IMG/VR virus record: IMGVR_UViG_2526164597_000012
DNA: 38,876 nt
Direction: 5' to 3' (one strand)
Origin: a virus
Lineage: Duplodnaviria > Heunggongvirae > Uroviricota > Caudoviricetes
Position 1 is the stretch's first letter; the number at the start of each line of letters is the position of its first letter. This document shows positions 8,702-17,824 of the stretch, in pieces. The position numbers and the translations under genes were made by a program. The notes below the pieces were generated by a model. It saw only the letters and a program-made list of their open reading frames with translations, was not told where the DNA came from and did not search any database.

Positions 8702-9582
8702 ACACTCCTCGTCAGTATTCTGGCGGCCATTGCACTTAATCCCGGAGACATGCGGTTGAATGCTGTGCCGGCGGCGTTAAGCTGCCCGGAAACGGTATCC
8801 AGAGCACCTGCAATATTTCTTTTGTCCACACCACTCAGCGCAGACTGTGCCTGCTGTACATACGTGGCTGCTTCGCTGGCTGTTCTGGCCAGACTGATGG
8901 CATCGGGCATGGATTCAGAGAGTGCGTTAAACGCCGGAACACTTTTCCCCAGAGCCCCGGAGATATTACCCAGTCCGCTCATCAGCCCCGGCACACGGGT
9001 CAGTGCGACAACGGGGTTATCCTTCATTTTCTGTGTCACCCGAACGGCGCTGATAGTGGTCTGGAGTACAGACTGCGCCTGTTTCGCATAGTTGACGCCG
9101 TTGCGGATGAACTGCGCCACCCCTGAAGGTGAAGGTATGGCACCGGAGACCGCCCCGACACCCGGGAGCTTCGTGCGTATTGCCGGTGGTTGCAGAGGAT
9201 TTTTCGGGTCACCGGTGTATTCCCGGAGAGACACGGTGGCACTGACAGCCAGCACGTTGCCGGTACTGTCAGTCTGCTCGCTGGTTGCAGTCACATCGGT
9301 AATCACGAACCAGCCGCGATAGTCACCGTTGCCGAAGACCAGCGCCAGTGCCTGATGGGCTTTCATGGCTGTTCGCAGTCTCGCCAGCTCCACATCGGGT
9401 ACACAATAATGCTGATGGAAAACCAGAGTTATCTGGATTTCGTCCAGCCTGTCGCCGACGAACTGCAGGCCAGGCTTACCCCCGATGCGGGCATGCTCCG
9501 CATAATCGACGCCGAACGTGGCCTCGAAGCCGTCCCAGTAGGTAATCAGCTCAAACTCAATATCACCCAGTACGGCAAACAT
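8698..9582 (-). CDS. Tail/DNA circularisation protein (Mu gp43/P-like)
   Basis: 294 aa immediately downstream of tape measure, start overlapping TMP stop. Confidence 0.6.
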   Translation of the reverse strand: MFAVLGDIEFELITYWDGFEATFGVDYAEHARIGGKPGLQFVGDRLDEIQITLVFHQHYCVPDVELARLRTAMKAHQALALVFGNGDYRGWFVITDVTATSEQTDSTGNVLAVSATVSLREYTGDPKNPLQPPAIRTKLPGVGAVSGAIPSPSGVAQFIRNGVNYAKQAQSVLQTTISAVRVTQKMKDNPVVALTRVPGLMSGLGNISGALGKSVPAFNALSESMPDAISLARTASEAATYVQQAQSALSGVDKRNIAGALDTVSGQLNAAGTAFNRMSPGLSAMAARILTRSV

Positions 9583-12533
9583 CAGCGGTACTCCTTACGT
9601 TGTTTCTGAGCCAGCAGACGCTCCAGCATTTTTTCCAGCTCATGCAGACTCATATTCAGGGCACCAGTCAGTCCTGCAGGCGCTGTGGTTTCCCTGCCAT
9701 TGAGGAAAAACTGAGGATTAAAGCTGACCTGGATACCACCAGACGTTCCACCGCCGGTTGCAGCTGCACCACGGCCTGAATATCCGGCAGCCAGGATTTC
9801 AGGCGAGGGGATACGGGGAACATCCGGTGTCATCTCATTTGCCAGACGTTGCCCTGGTAAAATCGATGCCCGGGTGGAGAGCGGAATAGCGGGCATGGAA
9901 GACAAACTATTGATTACGGCTCCGATCGCATTTTTAGCAGACGACATAAACCCATTGATATCGGGCAACGGCATACTGAAGCGAACACCTGAAGTGTTAT
10001 CCCGTATTTCTGGCCCCTGGATGCTCACGGGCATTCTGGGGAGCAGTTCACTGGCCATTCGCTGCCCGGCCAGAGCTGCAAGCGGAGTGGTCCGCTGCAG
10101 GCCAATGGCGGCCCCCTGCGCGATATTGTCACCAAAGCCCATAAACACGCGGCTCGGCGAATGAATGCCCAGCTTTTCGCTGAACCAGCCACTGATGCTG
10201 TCACCCATTCCGGTTACACTGGATTTGAGCGACTCCCATTTGTTTTTGATACCGTTAATCAGACCATCGACAAGATGGCCACCGAAGTCGGTAAACTTTG
10301 CCGGCAGATCAACACCAAGATATTTCAGCGCAGCTGCAAAGGCTTTATAGAGCAGACCTGCCGGCGACCAGTTAATCAGCAGCTTACCAGTTCCCGCGAT
10401 ACCGCCGTTAAAGGCTTCCTGAATGTCAGCCCAGCACTGTTTAAACCAGCTACTGATGCTGTCACCCATTCCGGTTACACTGGATTTGAGCGACCCCCAT
10501 TTGTTTTTGATACCGTTAATCAGACCGTCGATAAGATGGCCACCGAAGTCGGTGAACTTTGCCGGCAGAGCAACGCCGAAATATTTCAGCGCAGCCGCAA
10601 AGGCTTTATAGAGCAGGCCTGCCGGCGACCAGTTAATCAGTAACTTACCAATTCCCACAATGCCGCCGTTAAAGGCTTCCTGAATGTCTGCCCAGCGCTG
10701 TTTAAACCAGCCACTGACTGCCCCCCAGTTGCGGTAGATAAGGTAAGCTGCTGCCGCGACAGCGGTGATAACGAGACCGATGGGATTCATCATCAGCGCA
10801 CGTCCAATCCAGAGAACAGCACGTCCGGCGAGCATAATTCCGCGAACCAGCCCCCCGGAGAGCACGCCACTCAGTGTTCTGGCTCCTCTGGCGACGGCGC
10901 TAAATCCGGTCACCAGCCAGCGGAGCTTACCGCCTTGCCCCAGTGCGAGCGACAGACGAAGCCAGTTGGCCCGAAGTAAAACAGCATTTTTCCAGACACT
11001 TACAAAGGGGGAAATAAGGAGATTCAGCCCCAGTTTGAGACCAACAGTCGCTATCTTAATCGCAAGGAGCGCACTGATGAGCTTAAAAGCCCCACTGACA
11101 AATTGCGGGTGAGTCGCTACCCAGTGTTTTGCCCCCTGAATGAGTGGAAGCAGTTCCTGAGTCAAAGAAATAAAAGATGGAGCTAATTGATCGCCCAGCG
11201 TAATTGCCAGATCGCGACTGCTGACCATAAGTGTTTTAGTGGCTTCAAGGGGAGATTTCAGCCGCTGATCATAAGCACTGGCAAGCAAATCGTTATCCGC
11301 AGCCCTGAGAGCACCGGCACGGATCTCTCGATATCTGTCCATGTTGGCCAGCATCGGGCGGATAAATGCCATGACCTGCATATCCGCGAACATATCGCCC
11401 AGACCAAAGTTTTTCGCCAGAGCCTGAAGTGCCTCATCTCTTGCCGTATCATTCTTTATTTTCATGGCTGATTTGAAGCCGGCCAGCGCTTCGGGGCTTT
11501 TGGCATTGAGGTAACGTTCTATAACACTCAACATCCCTTCAATCGGAGAGATCCCCGCAGCTTTATAACTCGCAATAGATCCCTGCAAATCAATACCCAG
11601 ATCAGCAAACTGTTTCTGAGTATCGCGGGCAAAAATTTTGGTAAGAAAGTTTTTAAAATTATTGGCTGCTTCGTCGGTGGAACCTGCACCGATTTTTGCT
11701 ATCTGGAGACTGGCCCCTATTTCAGCAACAGCCTCTTTTCCACTGGCAATACCCGCCATCATTGGGGCCAGGGACTGCATCCACTTGACCTGATCCGGGA
11801 TTTCAAATGACCCCTGGTCACCGGCATAAGCCATAATATTCTGAACGGCACCAAAATCTCTGGCCGCACCTTTCAGGGAGTTTTGCCAGACTGCGGCCAC
11901 TTTTGCCCAGTCCTGAGCAGACGTGCGTGTTGCCGTTGCCGCGCGGGCAATATCCGGCATCAGAAAACCGATATCTGACACATTATCAATATTGTCGCTG
12001 ATGAGTGAACCCACCGCCTCCTGCAGCTCATCCTGATACTGATTGTATTTAAGCGCCCAGCCTTTTATCTGTCCGGCAAGTGCATCCCGCGTTTTATTGT
12101 CATATTTTGCGGTGATCGACATATCAATCATTTTGTCCTGAAAAGACATGGACTGCTGAACGGCAGGGGAAACCGTATGATAAACAGTCTGTGCCATGCC
12201 ATACGCTTCAATCCCCTGACCATACAGCGCCATGCGGTTAGCTTTCAGCGCATCACTGGTAGCGGATGCCGCTGACAGACGGCGCTGCTGGCGCTCAATT
12301 TGCTCCATGGTGCGGCTTACCCGCAGCAGCTCGCTGTTGAGATGCTGCATCCGGGAAGAACCCAGTTGACCATAACGTTCTGTTGCACGGGTTAAAGCGT
12401 TCTGACGTTCCTGCAGGCGGCGTGAGGTATCGCTCAGGGAATCAAGCGCACGGCGGGTACCGCTCATTGCAGAACGGAATGTGCTACCAATCATCCCGCC
12501 GATAACAACGCCGACTGAAAACTGTCCCGACAT
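9582..12533 (-). CDS. Tail tape measure protein
   Basis: 983 aa, Ala/Gly/Leu-rich with hydrophobic stretches, downstream of frameshifted chaperone; RBS CCGGAGG. Confidence 0.85.
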   Translation of the reverse strand: MSGQFSVGVVIGGMIGSTFRSAMSGTRRALDSLSDTSRRLQERQNALTRATERYGQLGSSRMQHLNSELLRVSRTMEQIERQQRRLSAASATSDALKANRMALYGQGIEAYGMAQTVYHTVSPAVQQSMSFQDKMIDMSITAKYDNKTRDALAGQIKGWALKYNQYQDELQEAVGSLISDNIDNVSDIGFLMPDIARAATATRTSAQDWAKVAAVWQNSLKGAARDFGAVQNIMAYAGDQGSFEIPDQVKWMQSLAPMMAGIASGKEAVAEIGASLQIAKIGAGSTDEAANNFKNFLTKIFARDTQKQFADLGIDLQGSIASYKAAGISPIEGMLSVIERYLNAKSPEALAGFKSAMKIKNDTARDEALQALAKNFGLGDMFADMQVMAFIRPMLANMDRYREIRAGALRAADNDLLASAYDQRLKSPLEATKTLMVSSRDLAITLGDQLAPSFISLTQELLPLIQGAKHWVATHPQFVSGAFKLISALLAIKIATVGLKLGLNLLISPFVSVWKNAVLLRANWLRLSLALGQGGKLRWLVTGFSAVARGARTLSGVLSGGLVRGIMLAGRAVLWIGRALMMNPIGLVITAVAAAAYLIYRNWGAVSGWFKQRWADIQEAFNGGIVGIGKLLINWSPAGLLYKAFAAALKYFGVALPAKFTDFGGHLIDGLINGIKNKWGSLKSSVTGMGDSISSWFKQCWADIQEAFNGGIAGTGKLLINWSPAGLLYKAFAAALKYLGVDLPAKFTDFGGHLVDGLINGIKNKWESLKSSVTGMGDSISGWFSEKLGIHSPSRVFMGFGDNIAQGAAIGLQRTTPLAALAGQRMASELLPRMPVSIQGPEIRDNTSGVRFSMPLPDINGFMSSAKNAIGAVINSLSSMPAIPLSTRASILPGQRLANEMTPDVPRIPSPEILAAGYSGRGAAATGGGTSGGIQVSFNPQFFLNGRETTAPAGLTGALNMSLHELEKMLERLLAQKQRKEYR
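10165..10720. repeat. Tandem in-frame duplication (2 x 258 bp, plus the first ~30 bp of a third unit) inside the tape-measure gene
   Basis: Two near-identical 86-aa units (SWFKQ.WADIQEAFNGGI.G.GKLLINWSPAGLLYKAFAAALKY.GV.LPAKFTDFGGHL.DGLINGIKNKW.SLKSSVTGMGDSIS); mirrored by plus-strand shadow ORFs 10165..10350 and 10423..10611. Confidence 0.85.
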
Positions 12534-12570
12534 AGTGGTTAACCTCCGGGGAAGGTGAAAAGACGTGAGG

Positions 12571-12602
12571 GGATAACGCAGAACAGCCGCTACTGGCGGC
12601 TG
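12571..12602 (-). terminator. Possible attenuator/terminator between chaperone and tape-measure genes
   Basis: Minus-strand hairpin CAGCCGC-CAGTA-GCGGCTG followed by TTCTGCGTTAT. Confidence 0.3.
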
Positions 12603-12608
12603 TCTGTA

Positions 12609-12866
12609 CTATGATTTGTCGCCGTACTCGCTTTTTATTTGCTCTTCAGCCTGCTCCAGCCACATCTCCAGATCGTCAGTATCGAGGGCATCAATCTCCC
12701 CCGGCTGAAACCGGAACCATCTCGCCAGCAGCCCCTGCGCCTGCGTCAGCGCCCTGGTTGCTCTCACCCATCCCCGTGATGAGCTGAAATCGTTTCTGTA
12801 ACTGCAGGTAATCAGCCAGATCCATATTGTCGAGATCTTCCGGGAGAAGACCAGTACTGCGGGCAA
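12609..12866 (-). CDS. Frameshift-extension frame of tail assembly chaperone (GT-like product)
   Basis: Overlaps the 3' part of 12691..13026 in the +1 frame and extends 84 nt beyond its stop; a G-run (CCGGGGGAGATTGA) sits at the end of the upstream frame. Confidence 0.55.
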   Translation of the reverse strand: MPAVLVFSRKISTIWIWLITCSYRNDFSSSRGWVRATRALTQAQGLLARWFRFQPGEIDALDTDDLEMWLEQAEEQIKSEYGDKS

Positions 12867-13026
12867 TCAGCGGTTCGTCCCAGTCTGCCGGGTTTTTGCT
12901 GATTTTGCGCACCTGCTTCAGGTCTTTTACCGTCAGGCGTTTCAGTTCAACCAGCTCAATTCTGGTGCCTGCAGCAGTGGTGAAGGGATAAGACAATTTA
13001 AAAGTATCGGATGGGGTCTGTGACAT
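12691..13026 (-). CDS. Tail assembly chaperone (G-like), upstream frame
   Basis: 111 aa directly upstream of tape measure; RBS CAGGAG; paired with an overlapping frame as in conserved tail-chaperone frameshift genes. Confidence 0.7.
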   Translation of the reverse strand: MSQTPSDTFKLSYPFTTAAGTRIELVELKRLTVKDLKQVRKISKNPADWDEPLIARSTGLLPEDLDNMDLADYLQLQKRFQLITGMGESNQGADAGAGAAGEMVPVSAGGD

Positions 13027-13090
13027 GATTGTGCTCCTGTGTAAGTTCAGGGCAGTATGTCGGGAGAAGCGCGTGACGGATATTAAAGGA

Positions 13091-13117
13091 GATTAAGAAG
13101 AAGGGGCCGGAGCCCCT
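13091..13117 (-). terminator. Rho-independent terminator-like hairpin after the 93-aa ORF
   Basis: Minus-strand AGGGGC-TCCG-GCCCCT followed by TCTTCTTAATCTCC. Confidence 0.45.
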
Positions 13118-13123
13118 GTGATG

Positions 13124-13405
13124 TCAGCAAGTGCGAAACCCCTTGCAGTTACGCAGGAAAGCGATGAGAAGCGTCTTTCCCTCAGATTTGCCGATGCCGG
13201 AGAACCAGTGGTCGGGAGGCTCCCATGCTTCAATCAAATCCGCCAGTTTGCGGGCCTTTGAACGTGTGCAGTCAATCGGGTCATTGGTTTTACGGGTATT
13301 AAAAAGGGTTTCCACCCCCGGAATATCAAGGAGGGTAAACCACGTACCATTTGACATGCCCAGTGCCGCACATCGTCCTCCTTTATCCGTCAGTTCAACA
13401 CTCAC
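13124..13405 (-). CDS. Hypothetical protein (93 aa) between tail tube and chaperone
   Basis: ORF with 2 Cys pairs; no family recognised; followed by a terminator-like hairpin. Confidence 0.4.
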   Translation of the reverse strand: MSVELTDKGGRCAALGMSNGTWFTLLDIPGVETLFNTRKTNDPIDCTRSKARKLADLIEAWEPPDHWFSGIGKSEGKTLLIAFLRNCKGFRTC

Positions 13406-13407
13406 CG

Positions 13408-13929
13408 TCAGCCCCCGATATTGATACGGTAGTCAGTCAGTTGATCAACACCGCCGACCCGGAAGATGTTGGCCAGATAGTCCAGTTGCAGCAGCTCTTC
13501 ACCATCCAGTACCTGTCTGATATACGTGCAGGTGAAGCTACTGGAGAACTCGGCGTTCTCGTGCTGTTTGAACGTCCCCAGCGGGTTCTTCTTGAACATA
13601 ATCGTCAGGAAGGTGACCAGCGGGATTTCGTCAATCAGCCCCTGCGAGCTGTAGCGCTGGACGCTGGAACGACACTGCAGTGCCAGCGACCTGTACGGGT
13701 TCGCGGCAGACAGCATCGCATCGCGGTAAAAGCTGTTCCATTTGATTTCGCCTTCCAGTTTGTCAAAACCAGCCGGGAGTTCCACCTTACCCACCATCCC
13801 CAGCGCCTTGTGTTCCTGCATAATCATGGAGACATCGGGGAGTTTAACTTCCTCAGCCCGTCCCAGCAGGTTAGTACCATCCAGATAGATGTTGGCATTC
13901 GTGATGCGGTTTATCTCAATCTTTGACAT
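13408..13929 (-). CDS. Tail tube protein (Mu M-like)
   Basis: 173 aa directly downstream of sheath gene; contractile-tail synteny. Confidence 0.75.
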   Translation of the reverse strand: MSKIEINRITNANIYLDGTNLLGRAEEVKLPDVSMIMQEHKALGMVGKVELPAGFDKLEGEIKWNSFYRDAMLSAANPYRSLALQCRSSVQRYSSQGLIDEIPLVTFLTIMFKKNPLGTFKQHENAEFSSSFTCTYIRQVLDGEELLQLDYLANIFRVGGVDQLTDYRINIGG

Positions 13930-15356
13930 CAGTTGCCCCCTTTCAGGGTTAACAGGTATTCCGAGGTGATCTCAGTCTCAAACGTCAGTCGCTCCAGCGG
14001 CGGTGGTGGCGTATATTTGTAGCTCAGCAACAGGTGCCCGGCGGCCAGCTCCGTCTCCGGATTGCGGGCCGGATCAAACCAGCAACGGAAGCCCAGTACC
14101 GCACCATCACCAGTCATTTTGCGACCGTAGGCGTTGACCGACTCCGTCAGTGCATCAATCAGCGCCTGAGTAATCGGCATGTCGATGTACTGCTGGCTGA
14201 AATAACGAATGGACTCGTTGATCACATCACCGGTGCGGCGAACGTTCTCAAAGTTACGCATATGGGTGACCGTTGGCCATGCTGCCGTCCGGTTACCCCA
14301 CAGACGAAGGCCGCTGCCGTAACTGCTGAATACTGTGGTGATCCCCTGTTCGTTAAGCAGGTTCACCTCACTCTGCGGGTCATCAATCATCGCGGACAGC
14401 TGGCGCTCCACGCCGGTGATCCCCAGAATCTCCTGATTGGAGGATGACCACCAGTAGCCCTTGTCCAGATCGACTCTGGCACGCAGACCTGCTGCACGCT
14501 GGCTGAGCGGCTCCAGACGCTCTGTGTTTGTCACCGGGTCATATACCTTCACATGCGGATAGCACAGACGGACGCGGTCGGAGCTGGTATTGAAGTTGAT
14601 GGTGCCTTCCGGGCCACGACCTGCCAGAGCCTGTGCAAAGGTGGTACCGACAGGCGCATCAATGTAGGTTACCGCGCCCAGCTTCTCTGCCATGGCGATA
14701 AGCTCAACTGCGACACTCTTCTGGGTGCAGAACACCGGCGCAATCAGAATTTTGGCGAAATAGCCGTACAGGTTGAAGCTGTCGTTAAGCAGCTTCATGC
14801 CGGTTCGGTTTCCGGCGCTGTTCACCCCGCCGATGATGTCCGCCGCAGTCACCTTCGACGGGTCCGCGTACTCATAGCTCACCTTCACGCTGCCACCGGC
14901 CTCAATAGCCTTGCCCAGGTTCGTGAGCACACCCGCCTGCGCATCAACACGGTAGTCCGTGTTCGCCGTGTGGGTGGTGCTGCCTTCACTGTTTTTCACC
15001 ACCACATTAGCGACAACCGGATGCGCCAGTCTGGCCTGCCCTGTCGATTTGTCAAAGGTAACCACCTCATCCTCGATCGCCGTTTTATGTTTCGCCGGGT
15101 CGAGGACGTTAATGACCAGAACGGTGCCTGCACCATGGTCATAAATCGCATCCAGCGCCTGCGGAATGGTAAAGCCGGTGAACTGGCTGCCAAATGCCGC
15201 TGCGTCTTTCTCAGACAGGCACTGTACCAGCGTATTGACATCCCCCATCGGGGCGGTACCAATCAGGCCAATAACGGCAGATTTCACCGTTTTAACCGGG
15301 CGGGCTCCGTTTTCCACCTCAATGGTTTCGGGACCATGCAGATAGTTAGCTGCCAT
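13929..15356 (-). CDS. Tail sheath protein (Mu L-like)
   Basis: 475 aa, sheath-like size and position. Confidence 0.8.
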   Translation of the reverse strand: MAANYLHGPETIEVENGARPVKTVKSAVIGLIGTAPMGDVNTLVQCLSEKDAAAFGSQFTGFTIPQALDAIYDHGAGTVLVINVLDPAKHKTAIEDEVVTFDKSTGQARLAHPVVANVVVKNSEGSTTHTANTDYRVDAQAGVLTNLGKAIEAGGSVKVSYEYADPSKVTAADIIGGVNSAGNRTGMKLLNDSFNLYGYFAKILIAPVFCTQKSVAVELIAMAEKLGAVTYIDAPVGTTFAQALAGRGPEGTINFNTSSDRVRLCYPHVKVYDPVTNTERLEPLSQRAAGLRARVDLDKGYWWSSSNQEILGITGVERQLSAMIDDPQSEVNLLNEQGITTVFSSYGSGLRLWGNRTAAWPTVTHMRNFENVRRTGDVINESIRYFSQQYIDMPITQALIDALTESVNAYGRKMTGDGAVLGFRCWFDPARNPETELAAGHLLLSYKYTPPPPLERLTFETEITSEYLLTLKGGN

Positions 15357-15600
15357 GGGCGTCCTCCGTTTTCACTTCGCTGTCACTGCTGCTTCTGCGC
15401 TTTGGTGACTGCACAGCCGGTGTGACGGCGGGTTTAGTCTCTTCAGGTACCGGCGTCAGATGTTTCAGCGCCACCAGTACCTTCACGTAGTCATGCTCCT
15501 CCGGCAGGGAAACCGTCTTCCCCGGCCAGAGCAGGATTTCGGTTCCGTCCGACAGCGTGACGCCGCTGGCCGGGCCGGAATAGCGGTATTCTTTCATCAC
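15346..15600 (-). CDS. Hypothetical head-tail region protein (Mu gp38-like)
   Basis: 84 aa, conserved position. Confidence 0.45.
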   Translation of the reverse strand: MMKEYRYSGPASGVTLSDGTEILLWPGKTVSLPEEHDYVKVLVALKHLTPVPEETKPAVTPAVQSPKRRSSSDSEVKTEDAHGS

Positions 15601-16061
15601 TCGCTTTCCTCATAGTTCACTTCGGTTAACAGCGGGCCGGACGGTAAATCGCTGTCTTCGATAAAGACGCTTTCAGTCACGAAGTCGAGGGCGTACTGCC
15701 ACAGCCCCCTGACTTCACCGATAAACACCTCGCGGGTCAGCCAGATACGGCGGCGGCAGCCGGGCGGGGTGTGGCCACCGAGAATGCGGCGGACAGCATC
15801 CAGGACATTAATCGCCCCTTTTTTACCGTTGAGCTGGCGGAAGACCACCGTGACGCAGAGCTGGATAGTCTGAGACTGGATCACCGCACCGGTATCATCC
15901 GGCCTGTCAAAGCGCGAACCGGCATAGCTCAGCAGCAACGCGCCAACCGGATGGTTCAGGCGATATTCAGCCGGTTTCTCCGGGAAGTACTCCACCTGCA
16001 GTTGCGGCAGCTTCTCGCGTAACCGGGCCAGTACCGCATCAAGGACGGGCAGAACGTTCAT
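15597..16061 (-). CDS. Head-tail joining/neck protein (Mu gp37-like)
   Basis: 154 aa, conserved position. Confidence 0.5.
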   Translation of the reverse strand: MNVLPVLDAVLARLREKLPQLQVEYFPEKPAEYRLNHPVGALLLSYAGSRFDRPDDTGAVIQSQTIQLCVTVVFRQLNGKKGAINVLDAVRRILGGHTPPGCRRRIWLTREVFIGEVRGLWQYALDFVTESVFIEDSDLPSGPLLTEVNYEESE

Positions 16062-16507
16062 CAGTATTTCTCCAGTAAACCGTCACGACCGCCGAAAGTG
16101 GCCGGGCGACTGCGTACACGAAACTCGCCAGGCTCAGGCACATCTTTCTGAGTGGACGGCAGCCCCAGCGTGAGCCTGTTATCACGTAACTCCCTGAGTT
16201 GCCGCAGCGCTTCTTTGTGGTCATCCTTCACCGTATCCGGGAGGTCACCTTCCGGGCGGCGGGCGTAGAGCCGGTAACGGACCAGCGTGATGGCAATGTC
16301 CCGCAGAACAGTCGGTATCTCTGCCAGTGGCAGGATATAGCGTCCGCGCAGATGGGCATCAATCAGCTCGTCGGCATAGCGGATACAGCTGTCCACCACA
16401 CGGGTATTCACTGTTGCAGGCGAGTCGAAGTCCATCTCTTCACTGGTGAGCTCGATAAGCGTCCGCTCCGGCACCTGCGCAAGCAAATCCTCCAGGGTGC
16501 AGTACAT
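16061..16507 (-). CDS. Head completion/connector protein (Mu gp36-like)
   Basis: Start chosen at internal Met (MYCTLEDLL..) so that it abuts the upstream gene; ORF-track entry runs to 16669. Confidence 0.5.
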   Translation of the reverse strand: MYCTLEDLLAQVPERTLIELTSEEMDFDSPATVNTRVVDSCIRYADELIDAHLRGRYILPLAEIPTVLRDIAITLVRYRLYARRPEGDLPDTVKDDHKEALRQLRELRDNRLTLGLPSTQKDVPEPGEFRVRSRPATFGGRDGLLEKY

Positions 16508-16508
16508 G

Positions 16509-16847
16509 TCACACCCCGCGCAGGATACGAATGACGTCGCCTTCACCCCCGGCTTCATCAAGTGCAATACCACAGGATTTACCGTCGCCGGACTGCGGCA
16601 CGGCTCTGGCCTGAGCATCTGACTGAACAGCCACACCACGGCTGACAGCGGCCCCGGCCTCGACAGCAATAATGCCCAGAACGCTCACCGGCGTGCTGTC
16701 GCCGGTAACAGCATCCACTTCGGCAACCCCGAGCGCTGCGGCACCGGCTTTACAGGGGGTATTATCTGCCCCGACAAAACGCTGCTGTGCCAGTGCTGCC
16801 CCTGCCGTTACGGTTGTGATCAGAATGACCTGCTGAGTGGTTCCCAT
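16509..16847 (-). CDS. Hypothetical Ala/Gly-rich head protein (possible decoration/stabilisation protein)
   Basis: 112 aa immediately downstream of major capsid gene. Confidence 0.45.
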   Translation of the reverse strand: MGTTQQVILITTVTAGAALAQQRFVGADNTPCKAGAAALGVAEVDAVTGDSTPVSVLGIIAVEAGAAVSRGVAVQSDAQARAVPQSGDGKSCGIALDEAGGEGDVIRILRGV

Positions 16848-16856
16848 AACGCCTCC

Positions 16857-17810
16857 TTATTTACTGATACCGGTAATGAGATACCCGGCATCGCCACCAA
16901 CCACGGCGACTTTGTAGATATCGGTATAACGGCAGTACTTCACCTTGCCACCGGCTCCGTCGTATTTGTCGGCAACAGGCATCCCCTTACGCCGCAGGGT
17001 GTAGCCGAAGGACGGCTCGTTCTCGTCCGCGCTGTCCGCCCCCGGCTGCGGTTTGCCGACATAGTGCAGCATCAGATTGTCTCCCCAGATATCCGCCGGC
17101 ACGCTGTTCTTATCCATTGCCGCTTTCATGGACGGCAGGGAGACTGGGGCACCGATGACGATCTCTTCGATCTGAAAGAGGTCCTGCAGGATTTCTTTGG
17201 TGATGCGCTTGCGTTCGTTGGCTCCGATGGCGGCCTGAATCGCCGGGTGGAACTTCAGCAGCGCCATCACGCCGGCCCCCATGGTCATCAGGTTAGGACG
17301 CAGCCCCGTGGCCGTACGGACCGCTTCCATACCGGCTTCAATCACCCCGATGGGGTCCCCCTTACCACCGGCCCAGCGATCACTGGCTGTCAGTTTTTTG
17401 ACGTGCCCGGTACGGTAGACCTTTTCATCCTGAGCCAGACGGGCAGCGATAAGTTCACGGCGCAGGTTCACGCCATTCGTGGCGCGACGGATGGCCTTGC
17501 TCTCTTCGTTAAACATGGACTCCGCCTGCTCGCGATAGTCCACCGGCGCAGCCAGATCGTGTTCACCCAGCACCAGGTCCAGCGTGCCTGTTTTTTCACG
17601 GACCAGAACATTGCTGTCCGCCCCGACGGCACGCTCGGTGTCATATTCCACAAAGGCGGTTTTCCCGAAGGTCGGTACACGCACGCCTTCCTTGTCCGTC
17701 AGCACGACGGGGAAAATACGTTCGCCGATGAATGCGGCATTTTTATAGCCACGGGCGATACTGGTCAGTACCGGATCAACGACACGTTTACCTTTTAAGT
17801 AATCAGACAT
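16857..17810 (-). CDS. Major capsid protein (Mu T-like)
   Basis: 317 aa following protease/scaffold gene; Mu synteny. Confidence 0.8.
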   Translation of the reverse strand: MSDYLKGKRVVDPVLTSIARGYKNAAFIGERIFPVVLTDKEGVRVPTFGKTAFVEYDTERAVGADSNVLVREKTGTLDLVLGEHDLAAPVDYREQAESMFNEESKAIRRATNGVNLRRELIAARLAQDEKVYRTGHVKKLTASDRWAGGKGDPIGVIEAGMEAVRTATGLRPNLMTMGAGVMALLKFHPAIQAAIGANERKRITKEILQDLFQIEEIVIGAPVSLPSMKAAMDKNSVPADIWGDNLMLHYVGKPQPGADSADENEPSFGYTLRRKGMPVADKYDGAGGKVKYCRYTDIYKVAVVGGDAGYLITGISK

Positions 17811-17824
17811 GCTCTCTCCTTAAA

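Noticed and set aside
10165-10611. Two similar plus-strand 61-62 aa ORFs 258 bp apart, which could look like a repeated small-gene family
   Set aside because: They are the antisense shadow of the tandem duplication within the tape-measure gene.
14553-15425. Long plus-strand ORF (290 aa) antisense to the tail sheath gene
   Set aside because: Lies entirely within and opposite to a well-supported structural gene in a GC-rich region; Arg/His-rich low-complexity translation typical of shadow ORFs.
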